Below are positions 55,454 through 64,000 of a stretch of 64,000 nt of DNA, in pieces; positions within the stretch are counted from its first letter, which is position 1; every line of letters starts with the position of its first letter. The DNA comes from a virus. Made by a program: the position numbers and the translations under genes. The notes under the pieces are model-generated. The model searched no databases, was not told the origin of the DNA, and saw nothing but the letters and a program-made list of their open reading frames with translations. The stretch covers positions 23,591 through 87,590 of IMG/VR virus record IMGVR_UViG_3300032265_003779; one strand, written 5' to 3'.

Positions 55454-56677
55454 TTAGCTGTTTATTTCGGCATCAATTAGATCATCATCGTCTTCTGATG
55501 ATTCTACTTCCACAACATCACCAGATATTTCAAAATTAATTGCTTCCATATATGGAGCAAAATAATTTTCAACCTGTTCTCTGCTTTCTGCATTAATTAA
55601 TGCTGGATGATTGAGGAGAATTTCTAGCGGCATTTCATTTCTATCTAGACTAGCTTTGAATTTATTATCCTCTTTATCTTCTCCTAAATACTTTTCTTTA
55701 ATAATAAAATTGCCTGCTCCTTTAGCTTCCAACCTGTCATCTTCCATAAGACAGCTAAGAAGACCGCTAAGAGGATTTATTCCTTTTTCAAAAAGAAGCT
55801 GAATACCTTCTGATTCAACAAAAGGTCTATGTGTCTTGTTTTTAACATTCTTTAATTTAATGTTAACTCCAAGAATCTTGCTTTTCTTTGCAGTTATCTT
55901 CTTCTCTATTTTCTTTTGAGTCTGAGGTCTGATTCTACAACTAGCATAGAATGGAAGAGCATTTCCTCCTCCGGCAGTCGTTTCTGGATTGCCGAACATT
56001 ATTCCTATTTTTTCTCTCGTTTGATTTAGAATTATTACCGTAGCTCCGGTCTTTTCCATAACGCTATTAAGCTTTCTTAATTCACGAGAGCATATCTTGG
56101 CTCTTTCGCCAGGTTGCTCATTGCCACCTACAATTCTTTTATATGTGGCTTTGTCATAACCTTCTGGCAGATCAACTTCTCTTAATTCTCTTGCACTTGG
56201 AGAAACTCCAATGCTATCATAGACTATAACAATTGGTCTGTCTGGGTCTTTCTTTCTAATTTTTTCTATAAGAGAATACATCTTAGAAAAAACCTCCTCA
56301 AGAGACTGAGGGGTATATCTCAATACCCTGTTTAGGTCACAATGACTTGCTTTTTTAATAAACTCTTTGTTTGCACTATTTTCACAATCAAGAAGAACTG
56401 GTATTCCGCCCATCTTTTGACAACCATAAAGAATATTGTTGCCAAATAAACTTTTAGCAGAACTTGATGGTCCATAAATTTCTGTTAACTTTCCACCAGG
56501 TATTCCTCCATCAATAAATTTACCACTACAAATATAATTTAATGCTAAGCTTCCTGTGTCTACAAAGTAGTTTACGCTGTCTATTTTGTCTAATACATCA
56601 CCACCAGTTTCTTCGGCTATTTCCTTAAAAAGATCGTCCAGAGAGTCGTTTGATACTGATATTTTTTTTCTTGCCAT
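55454..56677 (-). CDS. uvsX: RecA/UvsX recombinase
   Basis: TGSLALN, GGIPGGKLTEIYGPSSSAKS, DCEN, YDSI, NQTR.KIG.MFG.PETTAGG.ALPFYAS.R. Confidence 0.95.
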   Translation of the reverse strand: MARKKISVSNDSLDDLFKEIAEETGGDVLDKIDSVNYFVDTGSLALNYICSGKFIDGGIPGGKLTEIYGPSSSAKSLFGNNILYGCQKMGGIPVLLDCENSANKEFIKKASHCDLNRVLRYTPQSLEEVFSKMYSLIEKIRKKDPDRPIVIVYDSIGVSPSARELREVDLPEGYDKATYKRIVGGNEQPGERAKICSRELRKLNSVMEKTGATVIILNQTREKIGIMFGNPETTAGGGNALPFYASCRIRPQTQKKIEKKITAKKSKILGVNIKLKNVKNKTHRPFVESEGIQLLFEKGINPLSGLLSCLMEDDRLEAKGAGNFIIKEKYLGEDKEDNKFKASLDRNEMPLEILLNHPALINAESREQVENYFAPYMEAINFEISGDVVEVESSEDDDDLIDAEINS

Positions 56678-56700
56678 TTTAATTTTTTCCTTTTTTGTTT

Positions 56701-56742
56701 AAAAAAACCCTGCAGCCCAACTTTTAATTGAGCTGCAGGGTT
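56701..56742 (-). terminator. Intrinsic terminator after gp32
   Basis: AACCCTGCAGC.../...GCTGCAGGGTT; A7 on the plus strand gives a U tract on the minus strand. Confidence 0.85.
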
Positions 56743-56766
56743 ATCACGGGGCATCACCACACAAAA

Positions 56767-57759
56767 TTATAGATCGTCAATTTCCTTCAAAAATTCATCA
56801 TCAGCCATAATTTCTTCTTCTTCAACAACTGCTGAAGAGGATACGGAGTCCAATCCTAGATCTTTGGGAGCAGACTTTTGAACAGGCTTAGATGTCGATG
56901 TTGTTGTTTTAGATGGAGATGAAAACTCACTTGAGTCATATCCATCATCATCGTGGCTCATCTCTTGAATGATTCCAAGATGAACCTTAAGAGCATGCTT
57001 AAGTTCTTCTTCGCTCTTAACAACTCTGATTGCTTGCAGATCATTCAAATTGTCGAGCCAACCATTGATCTCTTCAGGGTCACCCAGAGGCGATGATTCA
57101 ATAAACTTTGAAAGATCGTAGTTAGGATACTCACCATTCAATTTCTTGACTACTCTAAAATCTCTACCATTCTTGGGATTAGTTACATCTCCAAGAGGTT
57201 CTTCTCCAGCAGCTTTATCGCCAACAATTGCTCTTACAATCATCGAGTGAATAGTCTTACCACAACTAAAAATCTTTGGACCAACGTTTTTAATTATCTC
57301 GCCAGTCTTAGGATCTTTTTCTTGACGAACTAGGGCGTTGTAGTAGTATCTTTCAATACCTTTTAATTCTCTATACTGAGCTTGAAGCTCCTGTCTTTCT
57401 TTCTCTGGGGCTTTTTCACTCTTTGCCCAAAGATCTCGTAGATACTTGTCTATTATCGTATTTTCTCCCACCCACTTTGGGCGACCTTTCTCATCTTTAA
57501 CCAGTTCTTTTGGGCTAAAAAACACTCGCTTGTTACCACTGCCGTCCTTCAGCATGTGGTATTTAACAGCACAAAACAATGGCTGTCCCTTACGGCGTGG
57601 GAGAAGTCTGATTGTCAGGAATGAATTTCCTTCACCAGTACCTTGCCCGCTGGGCATACGAACATAGTTTGTAGAATTTTCCTGTCCTGTGTTCTTTGAA
57701 TTAACTCTAGCACTCTCAAGTTCAAGTTCACTAATATCCAAGGCTTCATAATTTGCCAT
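56767..57759 (-). CDS. gp32: Single-stranded DNA-binding protein (T4 gp32-like)
   Basis: IRLLP, RYYYN.LVR, PKIF..GKTI, G.DF...K....YPNYD.SKF, acidic C-terminal tail. Confidence 0.88.
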   Translation of the reverse strand: MANYEALDISELELESARVNSKNTGQENSTNYVRMPSGQGTGEGNSFLTIRLLPRRKGQPLFCAVKYHMLKDGSGNKRVFFSPKELVKDEKGRPKWVGENTIIDKYLRDLWAKSEKAPEKERQELQAQYRELKGIERYYYNALVRQEKDPKTGEIIKNVGPKIFSCGKTIHSMIVRAIVGDKAAGEEPLGDVTNPKNGRDFRVVKKLNGEYPNYDLSKFIESSPLGDPEEINGWLDNLNDLQAIRVVKSEEELKHALKVHLGIIQEMSHDDDGYDSSEFSSPSKTTTSTSKPVQKSAPKDLGLDSVSSSAVVEEEEIMADDEFLKEIDDL

Positions 57760-57811
57760 TTTTAAACTCCTCGTTTGATTGGTAACACCCTAATGCTTAG
57801 ATTATACAAAA

Positions 57812-58180
57812 CTATTTTTCTGAATCAACATCTTTTTCTGATTTTTCAAAATTTTCTTCTTTTTTGCTTGATTCTAAAGCATCAAGCCTTTTCTGCTCCT
57901 CGGCTAAATATTCCTGCTCAAGAGCTTCGACAATTTTCATATTATGTTCTAGTTTTTTCTTAATGTTTTCATTCTTAATTCTTTCGCGTTCTGGGTCTAT
58001 GTTTTTAATAAATGGTTGTTTTTTTCCATTTTTTAATTCATATTCAGTATCAAACCTTAATTGATCTTGTCTTTCTTTTTTAAGAGTTTCTCTTAATTCT
58101 TTTCTTCTTGCTAAAACTCTAATTTTTGCAATATTTTTTCTTTTTTGCTTTTTTCTATCTTTTTGTTTTTTGCTTGTCAT
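57812..58180 (-). CDS. Basic coiled-coil hypothetical protein
   Basis: Start reassigned to MTSKKQ (SD AAGGTG). Confidence 0.7.
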   Translation of the reverse strand: MTSKKQKDRKKQKRKNIAKIRVLARRKELRETLKKERQDQLRFDTEYELKNGKKQPFIKNIDPERERIKNENIKKKLEHNMKIVEALEQEYLAEEQKRLDALESSKKEENFEKSEKDVDSEK

Positions 58181-58185
58181 TTTTA

Positions 58186-58857
58186 TCACCTTATTGAAGG
58201 AATGTCTGTGTTTACGGTACCTTTCCAATTTAAACCATCATCGCTTAGTCCAAAATCGTTTGTATCTTCTTCCAACTGAGCTTTTGGAACAAAATACTCA
58301 TCTGAAACATTTTTTTCTTTTCCATTATCATCTATTACAAGATAAATTTCTGTTGCTGGGAGTACGGGATGTTGTTGAATTTTAAATATATCATAAGACT
58401 TATTTTGAGTTAATTTAGTTCCAGATTTCAACAATTTTATATGTTGTTGTGGTTCTGGGACATATGCCATTCTTTTGATAGATCTACGCACAGAGTCAGG
58501 TTGAACTACATTGGTGTAAGTAAAGGCTTCTTCTTCTGTGTTGTTGTTGATCACATGGGTTTCAGTATTCTCTGCTTTTACTTCAAAAGTATCATCTAAT
58601 CCAAATTTTTTATTTTTAATTACTATACCGCTTTTTGATTCTTTGAAATTTATCTTTTTCTTTGTTATTTCAAATATTTCAACATTTTCTACAAGAATAT
58701 CTCTTCTTGCCAATTGTCTTAAAATAACACTCGCCAGATTTTCGATTGGGGTATCTTCGTAAGGATCTCCAACTCTTTTCTTAAAAGTTCCAGATTCATT
58801 GTATTCGCCCGTTTCTTTATCTTTTTCTTTATGGTAAAAAGTTATTTCGTATCCCAT
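58186..58857 (-). CDS. Hypothetical protein
   Basis: Coupled ORF in the replication operon. Confidence 0.75.
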   Translation of the reverse strand: MGYEITFYHKEKDKETGEYNESGTFKKRVGDPYEDTPIENLASVILRQLARRDILVENVEIFEITKKKINFKESKSGIVIKNKKFGLDDTFEVKAENTETHVINNNTEEEAFTYTNVVQPDSVRRSIKRMAYVPEPQQHIKLLKSGTKLTQNKSYDIFKIQQHPVLPATEIYLVIDDNGKEKNVSDEYFVPKAQLEEDTNDFGLSDDGLNWKGTVNTDIPSIR

Positions 58858-59459
58858 TATTTTTTTACAACTCCTGTTATGTTTCTTGTTTCAAACACTT
58901 TATATTCTTTTTTATATCCATTTGCAATATTAAAAAATATTTCTTTGCTTTTATTATTTTTTATGTGATCAAAAACCATATATCCATTCTTGTTTAAATT
59001 TAAATAGATAAAATCGCAAAGAGCAAAAAGTTTATCATAATTATCTTTTATGCTTATTATAGCAACATCAAATTTTTTATTTTCTATGTTTTCTAAAAAC
59101 GTTTTATCAAGAAAGTCTCCATAATATGTTTCTATCTTTTTTTTATAATTTTTTTTAATATTTGAAAGATATAAACTTTTATCCCAATTTATTTCTGTTT
59201 TTGATTGAAATCCAAAGTAATACTCTACAGTTTTACAAGATTTTAAAAAACAACTACTTATAAAACCTAAATCGACACCGACTTCTAATAATGAATTAGG
59301 TTTTAAATATTTTCCAAGATGGTAATAAAAAGGTATATACAAACTATCGTTGTAGGCATGACTTTTCTTGCTAGCTTCGTCAATAAATTTAAAATTACTT
59401 GTTAATACTTTGGTTGTAATTAAAGATTTTTTTAAATCGTTTTCTAGTGTGTCTAACAT
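58857..59459 (-). CDS. Class I SAM methyltransferase-like protein (possibly degenerate)
   Basis: LLEVGVDLG.IS motif I; FDVAII; LNKNGYMVFD. Confidence 0.6.
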   Translation of the reverse strand: MLDTLENDLKKSLITTKVLTSNFKFIDEASKKSHAYNDSLYIPFYYHLGKYLKPNSLLEVGVDLGFISSCFLKSCKTVEYYFGFQSKTEINWDKSLYLSNIKKNYKKKIETYYGDFLDKTFLENIENKKFDVAIISIKDNYDKLFALCDFIYLNLNKNGYMVFDHIKNNKSKEIFFNIANGYKKEYKVFETRNITGVVKK

Positions 59460-59473
59460 TTTATTTTACAAAT

Positions 59474-60742
59474 TTAATTAATTATCGCTCTTTTTAACCA
59501 AAAATTTTCCAGGCTTACTTCACTAATCTTAATTTTTGACATTTTTATAATATCTTCTCTCATCTTACTGGTTTCTTCATTTTCTGTAATAGAACCCATT
59601 CTTTTGGCGTATATTATATCTGTGATCCCAAAATTAATAATTCTTTGTAGACAATTAACACAAGGAATTCCTGTTATATAAATTTTAGCTCCACCTATTG
59701 TTAGAGGATTTTCTCTGCTATTCAGCATAGCATTTTCTTCAGCATGAATCATCCAGGGTCGTTTTTTTTCCCTTATATTATAAGGAATTTTACTTTTATC
59801 TGAGTTTCTAATTGTGTTGTTATAACCAGTTCCAATAATGTGATTTTGATTAGTGACTATTACTGCTCCATGCCTAATATTAGGATCATCTGATCTGAGT
59901 GAGACGTCGAATGCTATATTTAAAAAATATTCATCAAAGGTTGGACGATCAATTTTACCAACAGAGTATTGATTCAAAAAACAAGCTCTACAATATTCCA
60001 AAAATTGTTCATCATTTAAAGCCATTCTCATAATATTTATTTTTTTATGAACCCACCTAACATTTCCTTCTATATATCCAATTGAATTATCTATCCGATC
60101 TAGAGAGGCGTTTGTGAAATCTTTTCTTGTTGAGGTGTCCGATCTGTGAGGGGTGAACTGAAGTGGTATATCGGAGAGAGCACATTTTTTGTTTTGTTTA
60201 ATAAATAAATCCCATAAATATTCGGGAGTTACAGTAAACAAAAAATTTCTTTTAATAGCATTTTGTTTTGTATTATTAATATGACTTAGTGGTATTTCAC
60301 CACATCTTCGTCTAAGTGGATCTAATTTATTATTTGTATGATTTTTCTTATTGCCACATGTTATTTTATTTCCTGACGTCAAAGAGTTTGTGGGAACATC
60401 GCAGATTTCTCCACATTCGCATTTACAAACCCAAATAACACCTCTGGTTTTTGTAAATTTATCACTTTTATTGACGACAGTTAAATACCCAAATTTACAA
60501 CCAGTCAAATCATTAAAATTATATTTTTTTGATTTTAAGAATTTACAACCACAAGATCTTGTGCCTTTTCCCTTATTTCTCAAATTGGTAGCCATCACAA
60601 ATACTTCTTTACCACAAGAACACCTACATCTCCATGTGGATTTAGATATACGTTTTTTCTTTCCAATAAATTTGCTTTGTACTTTTTCAAGAACAAGCAA
60701 TTCTCCAAAAGTTTGACCTTTTAAGTCTGCTGCTTTAGGCAT
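59474..60742 (-). CDS. HNH-type endonuclease fused to dCMP deaminase
   Basis: Two FG.L.V...W.C.C.CG repeats and SLDRID...GY..GNVRWV, followed by RPTFDEYF, TGYN, HAEENA, PCVNC. Confidence 0.88.
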   Translation of the reverse strand: MPKAADLKGQTFGELLVLEKVQSKFIGKKKRISKSTWRCRCSCGKEVFVMATNLRNKGKGTRSCGCKFLKSKKYNFNDLTGCKFGYLTVVNKSDKFTKTRGVIWVCKCECGEICDVPTNSLTSGNKITCGNKKNHTNNKLDPLRRRCGEIPLSHINNTKQNAIKRNFLFTVTPEYLWDLFIKQNKKCALSDIPLQFTPHRSDTSTRKDFTNASLDRIDNSIGYIEGNVRWVHKKINIMRMALNDEQFLEYCRACFLNQYSVGKIDRPTFDEYFLNIAFDVSLRSDDPNIRHGAVIVTNQNHIIGTGYNNTIRNSDKSKIPYNIREKKRPWMIHAEENAMLNSRENPLTIGGAKIYITGIPCVNCLQRIINFGITDIIYAKRMGSITENEETSKMREDIIKMSKIKISEVSLENFWLKRAIIN

Positions 60743-60793
60743 TTTTATTTTTACCTAAAATGGTGGTGGAGGCAAAAGTCCATTTAATATTAC

Positions 60794-61375
60794 TCATACT
60801 GTCTTTACTCTGTATTTTTTCCATATCTCTAAATCAAACTCGCTTACAGTTTTTCCAGAATTTTTAGCCAATTCAATGAATATTTTTTCAATCTCTATAT
60901 ATTGTTTTTTGTTAGGAGTAGATTTTGGAACTTTATATCCCAATTCTCCCAGGTATCTTAAAACATGTCTGTCTAATCCTGCCAGATTTTGGTCTTTTCT
61001 TGTGTGTATCAAAAAACACCTTACACTTTTAGGTCCAAGTCCCCAAACACTTTCTAGCTCTTCTATAGTGCATTTTGATAAATCAAAATTTTTACTTATC
61101 AAATCTTTTATAGATTTGCTTTTATTATTAAAACAACCTACACCGAATCTTTTTAATTCTTGAGGTAAGTCTTCTATGTTTCTAACAATATCAAAAGGGC
61201 TTTCTAAATTTGTTTTTTTACTATACTCTTGAAGAATATTGTCTAAACACCTTGAGGCTGTATGTCCATTTTTGCCTGCTGCAAATATCCAAAATAAAAT
61301 ATGGAGTTCCAATCCACTTTTATCTAGATTAAAATCTGTACAGTTGTCTGGGTCTATCTTGTAATTCACTTTCAT
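60794..61375 (-). CDS. HhH-GPD DNA glycosylase (Ogg/EndoIII-like)
   Basis: LESVWGLGPKSVRCFL, LDRHVLR.L, Y.EIE..F, DL.IW. Confidence 0.85.
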   Translation of the reverse strand: MKVNYKIDPDNCTDFNLDKSGLELHILFWIFAAGKNGHTASRCLDNILQEYSKKTNLESPFDIVRNIEDLPQELKRFGVGCFNNKSKSIKDLISKNFDLSKCTIEELESVWGLGPKSVRCFLIHTRKDQNLAGLDRHVLRYLGELGYKVPKSTPNKKQYIEIEKIFIELAKNSGKTVSEFDLEIWKKYRVKTV

Positions 61376-61857
61376 GCCTCTGATACAAAACGGTCTATGT
61401 CTGAGAGTTTATAAACATCTTTGTTAAGCTTATCTATTTCTTTTCTTAAAGTATATCCACGATTTTGAGCGTTATCATGATTTCTATCCCATGCTTTTAA
61501 GTGAGCTTTTATTTGACCAACAACTTCGATTAATTCTACAACTTTTTTCTTTGCAGAAATAACATCTGGATTTGCATTAGCTTTTGCTTTTGCATATTGT
61601 TCTGTTCCGCCATCATCTTTGGCTTCTATATACTTTTGACTAAAAATGGCTTCTGCATCTATTTCGGCATCAAGTCTTTCTTTTTGGGCATATTCTAATT
61701 GCTTACCAAAATAATCTACCCATCCATATTCTTTTTCCATGTATTCATTCAGAGTATTGTCTGAGAATTCCATGTTCTTTGCATCAAGAGTTATCTCTTT
61801 ACCATTAACATTAACTTTAACAGTCTCAATTGGAGCATTCATAGATTTTACTTTCAT
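61372..61857 (-). CDS. uvsY: Recombination mediator (UvsY-like)
   Basis: Helical protein of about 160 aa between the helicase and gp32/UvsX; composition and position only. Confidence 0.5.
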   Translation of the reverse strand: MKVKSMNAPIETVKVNVNGKEITLDAKNMEFSDNTLNEYMEKEYGWVDYFGKQLEYAQKERLDAEIDAEAIFSQKYIEAKDDGGTEQYAKAKANANPDVISAKKKVVELIEVVGQIKAHLKAWDRNHDNAQNRGYTLRKEIDKLNKDVYKLSDIDRFVSEA

Positions 61858-63410
61858 TCAAATGTGTCAACATTAGATTCGTCTGTCGGATCAAAAAGAA
61901 TTTTACTTTTTCCTTTTTTACCTTTACTGTTTGAATCTTTTGTAATGGAGTCTTTGTTGTCCATTATTGTATCAGCTTTCTTTTGATTTACAAGATTCAT
62001 TTTTTGTTTATAAGATTCTTGGCTTATTTCATTTATGTCCAAAGTTCCAAATTCATAATCAAAATTAACCCATAATGGAAAACGACTTTTTCCATTTCTG
62101 TGTTTGATTATAAATAATCTGGCTACTCCTGCATCCTTTTCAATTGGTTGTTGATTGATGCTCCAAAAACAATCTAATGGTTTAAATTGGTCGAAACTTG
62201 TGCCTATATTACTTTCATCAATATATTGTCCTTGTTCAAGCTTGCTTGCACTTGAGTTTGGTTGAACACATGTTATTGTGCAGTGTTTTTGCTCTATTCC
62301 AAATGCTCTTAAATCTCTTAAAATTCTATATGCACTTTCGTATTTTTGTAAACTCGGATCATCCTTCATTTCACCAACATAATCAACAACAAGTAAATCA
62401 GGTTTGAATCCCCTCATTACTAATTGAGCATAATATGCTTTAATTCCATTGACGTCCATTGTTCCACCAGGAAATTGTTTAATTATAAGCATGTTGGAGT
62501 CTAGTTTATCTTCTTTGAAAGCTTCTACATGATTTATAATTCTTTGTTTGCTACTCATTAAATCATTAATATCGCATTTAATCCATTGACTTGTAAATCT
62601 CTGGCTTATTCCTAGTTCATCCATCTCCATTGTTATGTAAAGAACCTTTTTTCCTCTTTTTACATTCTCAACAGAGGCTCGACACATGGCAAGTGATTTA
62701 CCAGTGCCCGGAAGGGCTATCCAAGCTCCAATATTTCCTATTTGCAGTCCGCCGCCAGTTAAAGCGTTGTCTATGCCATCAAAACCGGTGGTGAATGTAT
62801 CCACGCCTTCATATGTCTTTTTCATCCTTTCAAACATTTCTTCAATATTTTTGAAATATTCAAACCCAGGCTCATAGTTTCTATCTATGAGCATTGTTTG
62901 TCTCATTTGATCATAAATATAATTCCAAGTAGCCTCATCTTCTGGGGCTTTGGTCATTTTATCTAAGCACTTATGAAATGCGATTTTAACAGATTGAACC
63001 TTAGCAAAATAAGTTATTTTATCTATTAAAGCTTCTCTTGTGTCTATTCCTGGGATATAGAAATCATAAACCTTTTCAATTTCAGCAAGAGATGCTATTT
63101 GAATTTCTGGAGTTCTATCTTTATATTCTTTAAAAATTTCTTCTTTTAAAAACCATTTTTCAGGTAATGTTTTATATCTGTCAAAATATGAATAAAGAAA
63201 ATTAACTATTTGAACGTGTATTTCTTTTGAAAAATAATTTGGTTTTACTTTATCCAAGGATTGAATTAAAAAATATCTATCAGTTAGAAGCATTCCAACC
63301 AATCTAGTTTGGAAACTGTCGTCCCAACTAAACTTTGATATTTGACTATTGTCCTCTTCAGAAATAATTTGTGCTAGACGGTGCTCTTCTTCTTTTGTTA
63401 GTTCTGTCAT
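61854..63410 (-). CDS. gp41: Replicative DnaB-family helicase (T4 gp41-like)
   Basis: TTGF.GID..L.GGG, ALPGTGKS, ITMEM, VVDY, TCVQ.N, IIKHRNG; start uncertain (MTELT). Confidence 0.92.
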   Translation of the reverse strand: MTELTKEEEHRLAQIISEEDNSQISKFSWDDSFQTRLVGMLLTDRYFLIQSLDKVKPNYFSKEIHVQIVNFLYSYFDRYKTLPEKWFLKEEIFKEYKDRTPEIQIASLAEIEKVYDFYIPGIDTREALIDKITYFAKVQSVKIAFHKCLDKMTKAPEDEATWNYIYDQMRQTMLIDRNYEPGFEYFKNIEEMFERMKKTYEGVDTFTTGFDGIDNALTGGGLQIGNIGAWIALPGTGKSLAMCRASVENVKRGKKVLYITMEMDELGISQRFTSQWIKCDINDLMSSKQRIINHVEAFKEDKLDSNMLIIKQFPGGTMDVNGIKAYYAQLVMRGFKPDLLVVDYVGEMKDDPSLQKYESAYRILRDLRAFGIEQKHCTITCVQPNSSASKLEQGQYIDESNIGTSFDQFKPLDCFWSINQQPIEKDAGVARLFIIKHRNGKSRFPLWVNFDYEFGTLDINEISQESYKQKMNLVNQKKADTIMDNKDSITKDSNSKGKKGKSKILFDPTDESNVDTFE

Positions 63411-63465
63411 CTTTTGCTTTATTTTTAAGGTGTTTGTAACATTGTATAGCACAGAAGAATTTTTA

Positions 63466-64000
63466 TCAACCGGTAACCAAATAATCGTATTCACTCAAGC
63501 TGCATTGCCCGGATCTTATGTTTTTTTCTTTAGTTATTTTTTTACCCATAGATTTTTGACCATTCCAAACAATTGCTTTGCAGTATGTGGAAAACTTGCA
63601 ATCAATTTTTAAAATATCATTTTTATTAGGTTTGTTTTCTTTTGGAATATAATTTTCTATTATTTTTTCTAGTATGAATTCTTGATAATCTCCAAATTTT
63701 TGTCTGTTTGCACCATGTTTAGTTTTGTTCTCCCATAGGTTATCCAAACTTTCAACAATCTTACTGATGAATAAATTTTTAACATAAATTTTACTTAATT
63801 TAATACATTTTTCTATGTAGACTTGCCTTTTATAGTATGAACCAGCTCTTATAATTGACATTTGTAATTCTTGGTTAATATCTTCAATGTCCTCTGCTAC
63901 ATTGTTTCTAGAATTCTTTTTCTTTAATTGATGTGCAGCATAATAACATAATTTTCCAAATTTTTTATTTAACTCAAAATACTCTTTGTCAGTTATTGGG
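63466..64000 (-). CDS. Sigma-factor region-2-like protein with insertion (partial)
   Basis: Frame is open to the window edge: ...EDIEDINQELQMSIIRA...KFSTYCKAIVWN. Confidence 0.5.
   Translation of the reverse strand, partial: PITDKEYFELNKKFGKLCYYAAHQLKKKNSRNNVAEDIEDINQELQMSIIRAGSYYKRQVYIEKCIKLSKIYVKNLFISKIVESLDNLWENKTKHGANRQKFGDYQEFILEKIIENYIPKENKPNKNDILKIDCKFSTYCKAIVWNGQKSMGKKITKEKNIRSGQCSLSEYDYLVTG

Noticed and set aside
56449-56473. Non-canonical Walker A (GPSSSAKS) as a sign of an inactive recombinase
   Set aside because: Phage UvsX proteins tolerate substitution at this Gly, and all other RecA motifs are intact
55454-63410. Inteins or introns in UvsX, the gp41 helicase or gp32
   Set aside because: Lengths are ordinary, motifs are contiguous, and no intein splice motifs are seen
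1-64000. Stop-codon reassignment
   Set aside because: Core genes are full length in code 11 and end in TAA, TAG (gp23) and TGA (gp21, sheath)

Overview
This window is a 64-kb segment of an AT-rich, T4-like (jumbo-type) myovirus genome using the standard code, with frequent strand switching. It contains a head module (prohead core-like protein, gp21 protease, gp22 scaffold, gp23 capsid, followed by an HNH endonuclease and tRNA-Pro). It also contains neck/tail genes (gp13, gp14, gp15, gp18 sheath, two gp19 tubes, a gp26/gp51-like hub chaperone), a gp55-like late sigma factor, a recombination/replication block (UvsX, gp32, UvsY, gp41, an HNH-dCMP deaminase fusion, an HhH glycosylase), and many accessory genes. 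Five cross-cutting signals stand out. (1) About 19 unrelated proteins share an N-terminal M-x(1-3)-F-x-x-W/F/Y-L..E tag resembling the T4 capsid-targeting sequence, suggesting a large head-packaged enzyme cargo. (2) Several putative virion proteins end in mucin-like Pro-Thr tails, and the window also encodes a GT60 GlcNAc transferase and a late tRNA-Pro(UGG). (3) A TA(T/A)ATA late promoter often sits 4-7 nt from the ATG (leaderless), sometimes as palindromic back-to-back pairs. (4) The gp26-like gene has a likely -1 frameshift. (5) A structured 5' leader RNA lies at about 15.6 kb. All calls come from motif recognition by eye; no database searches were run.
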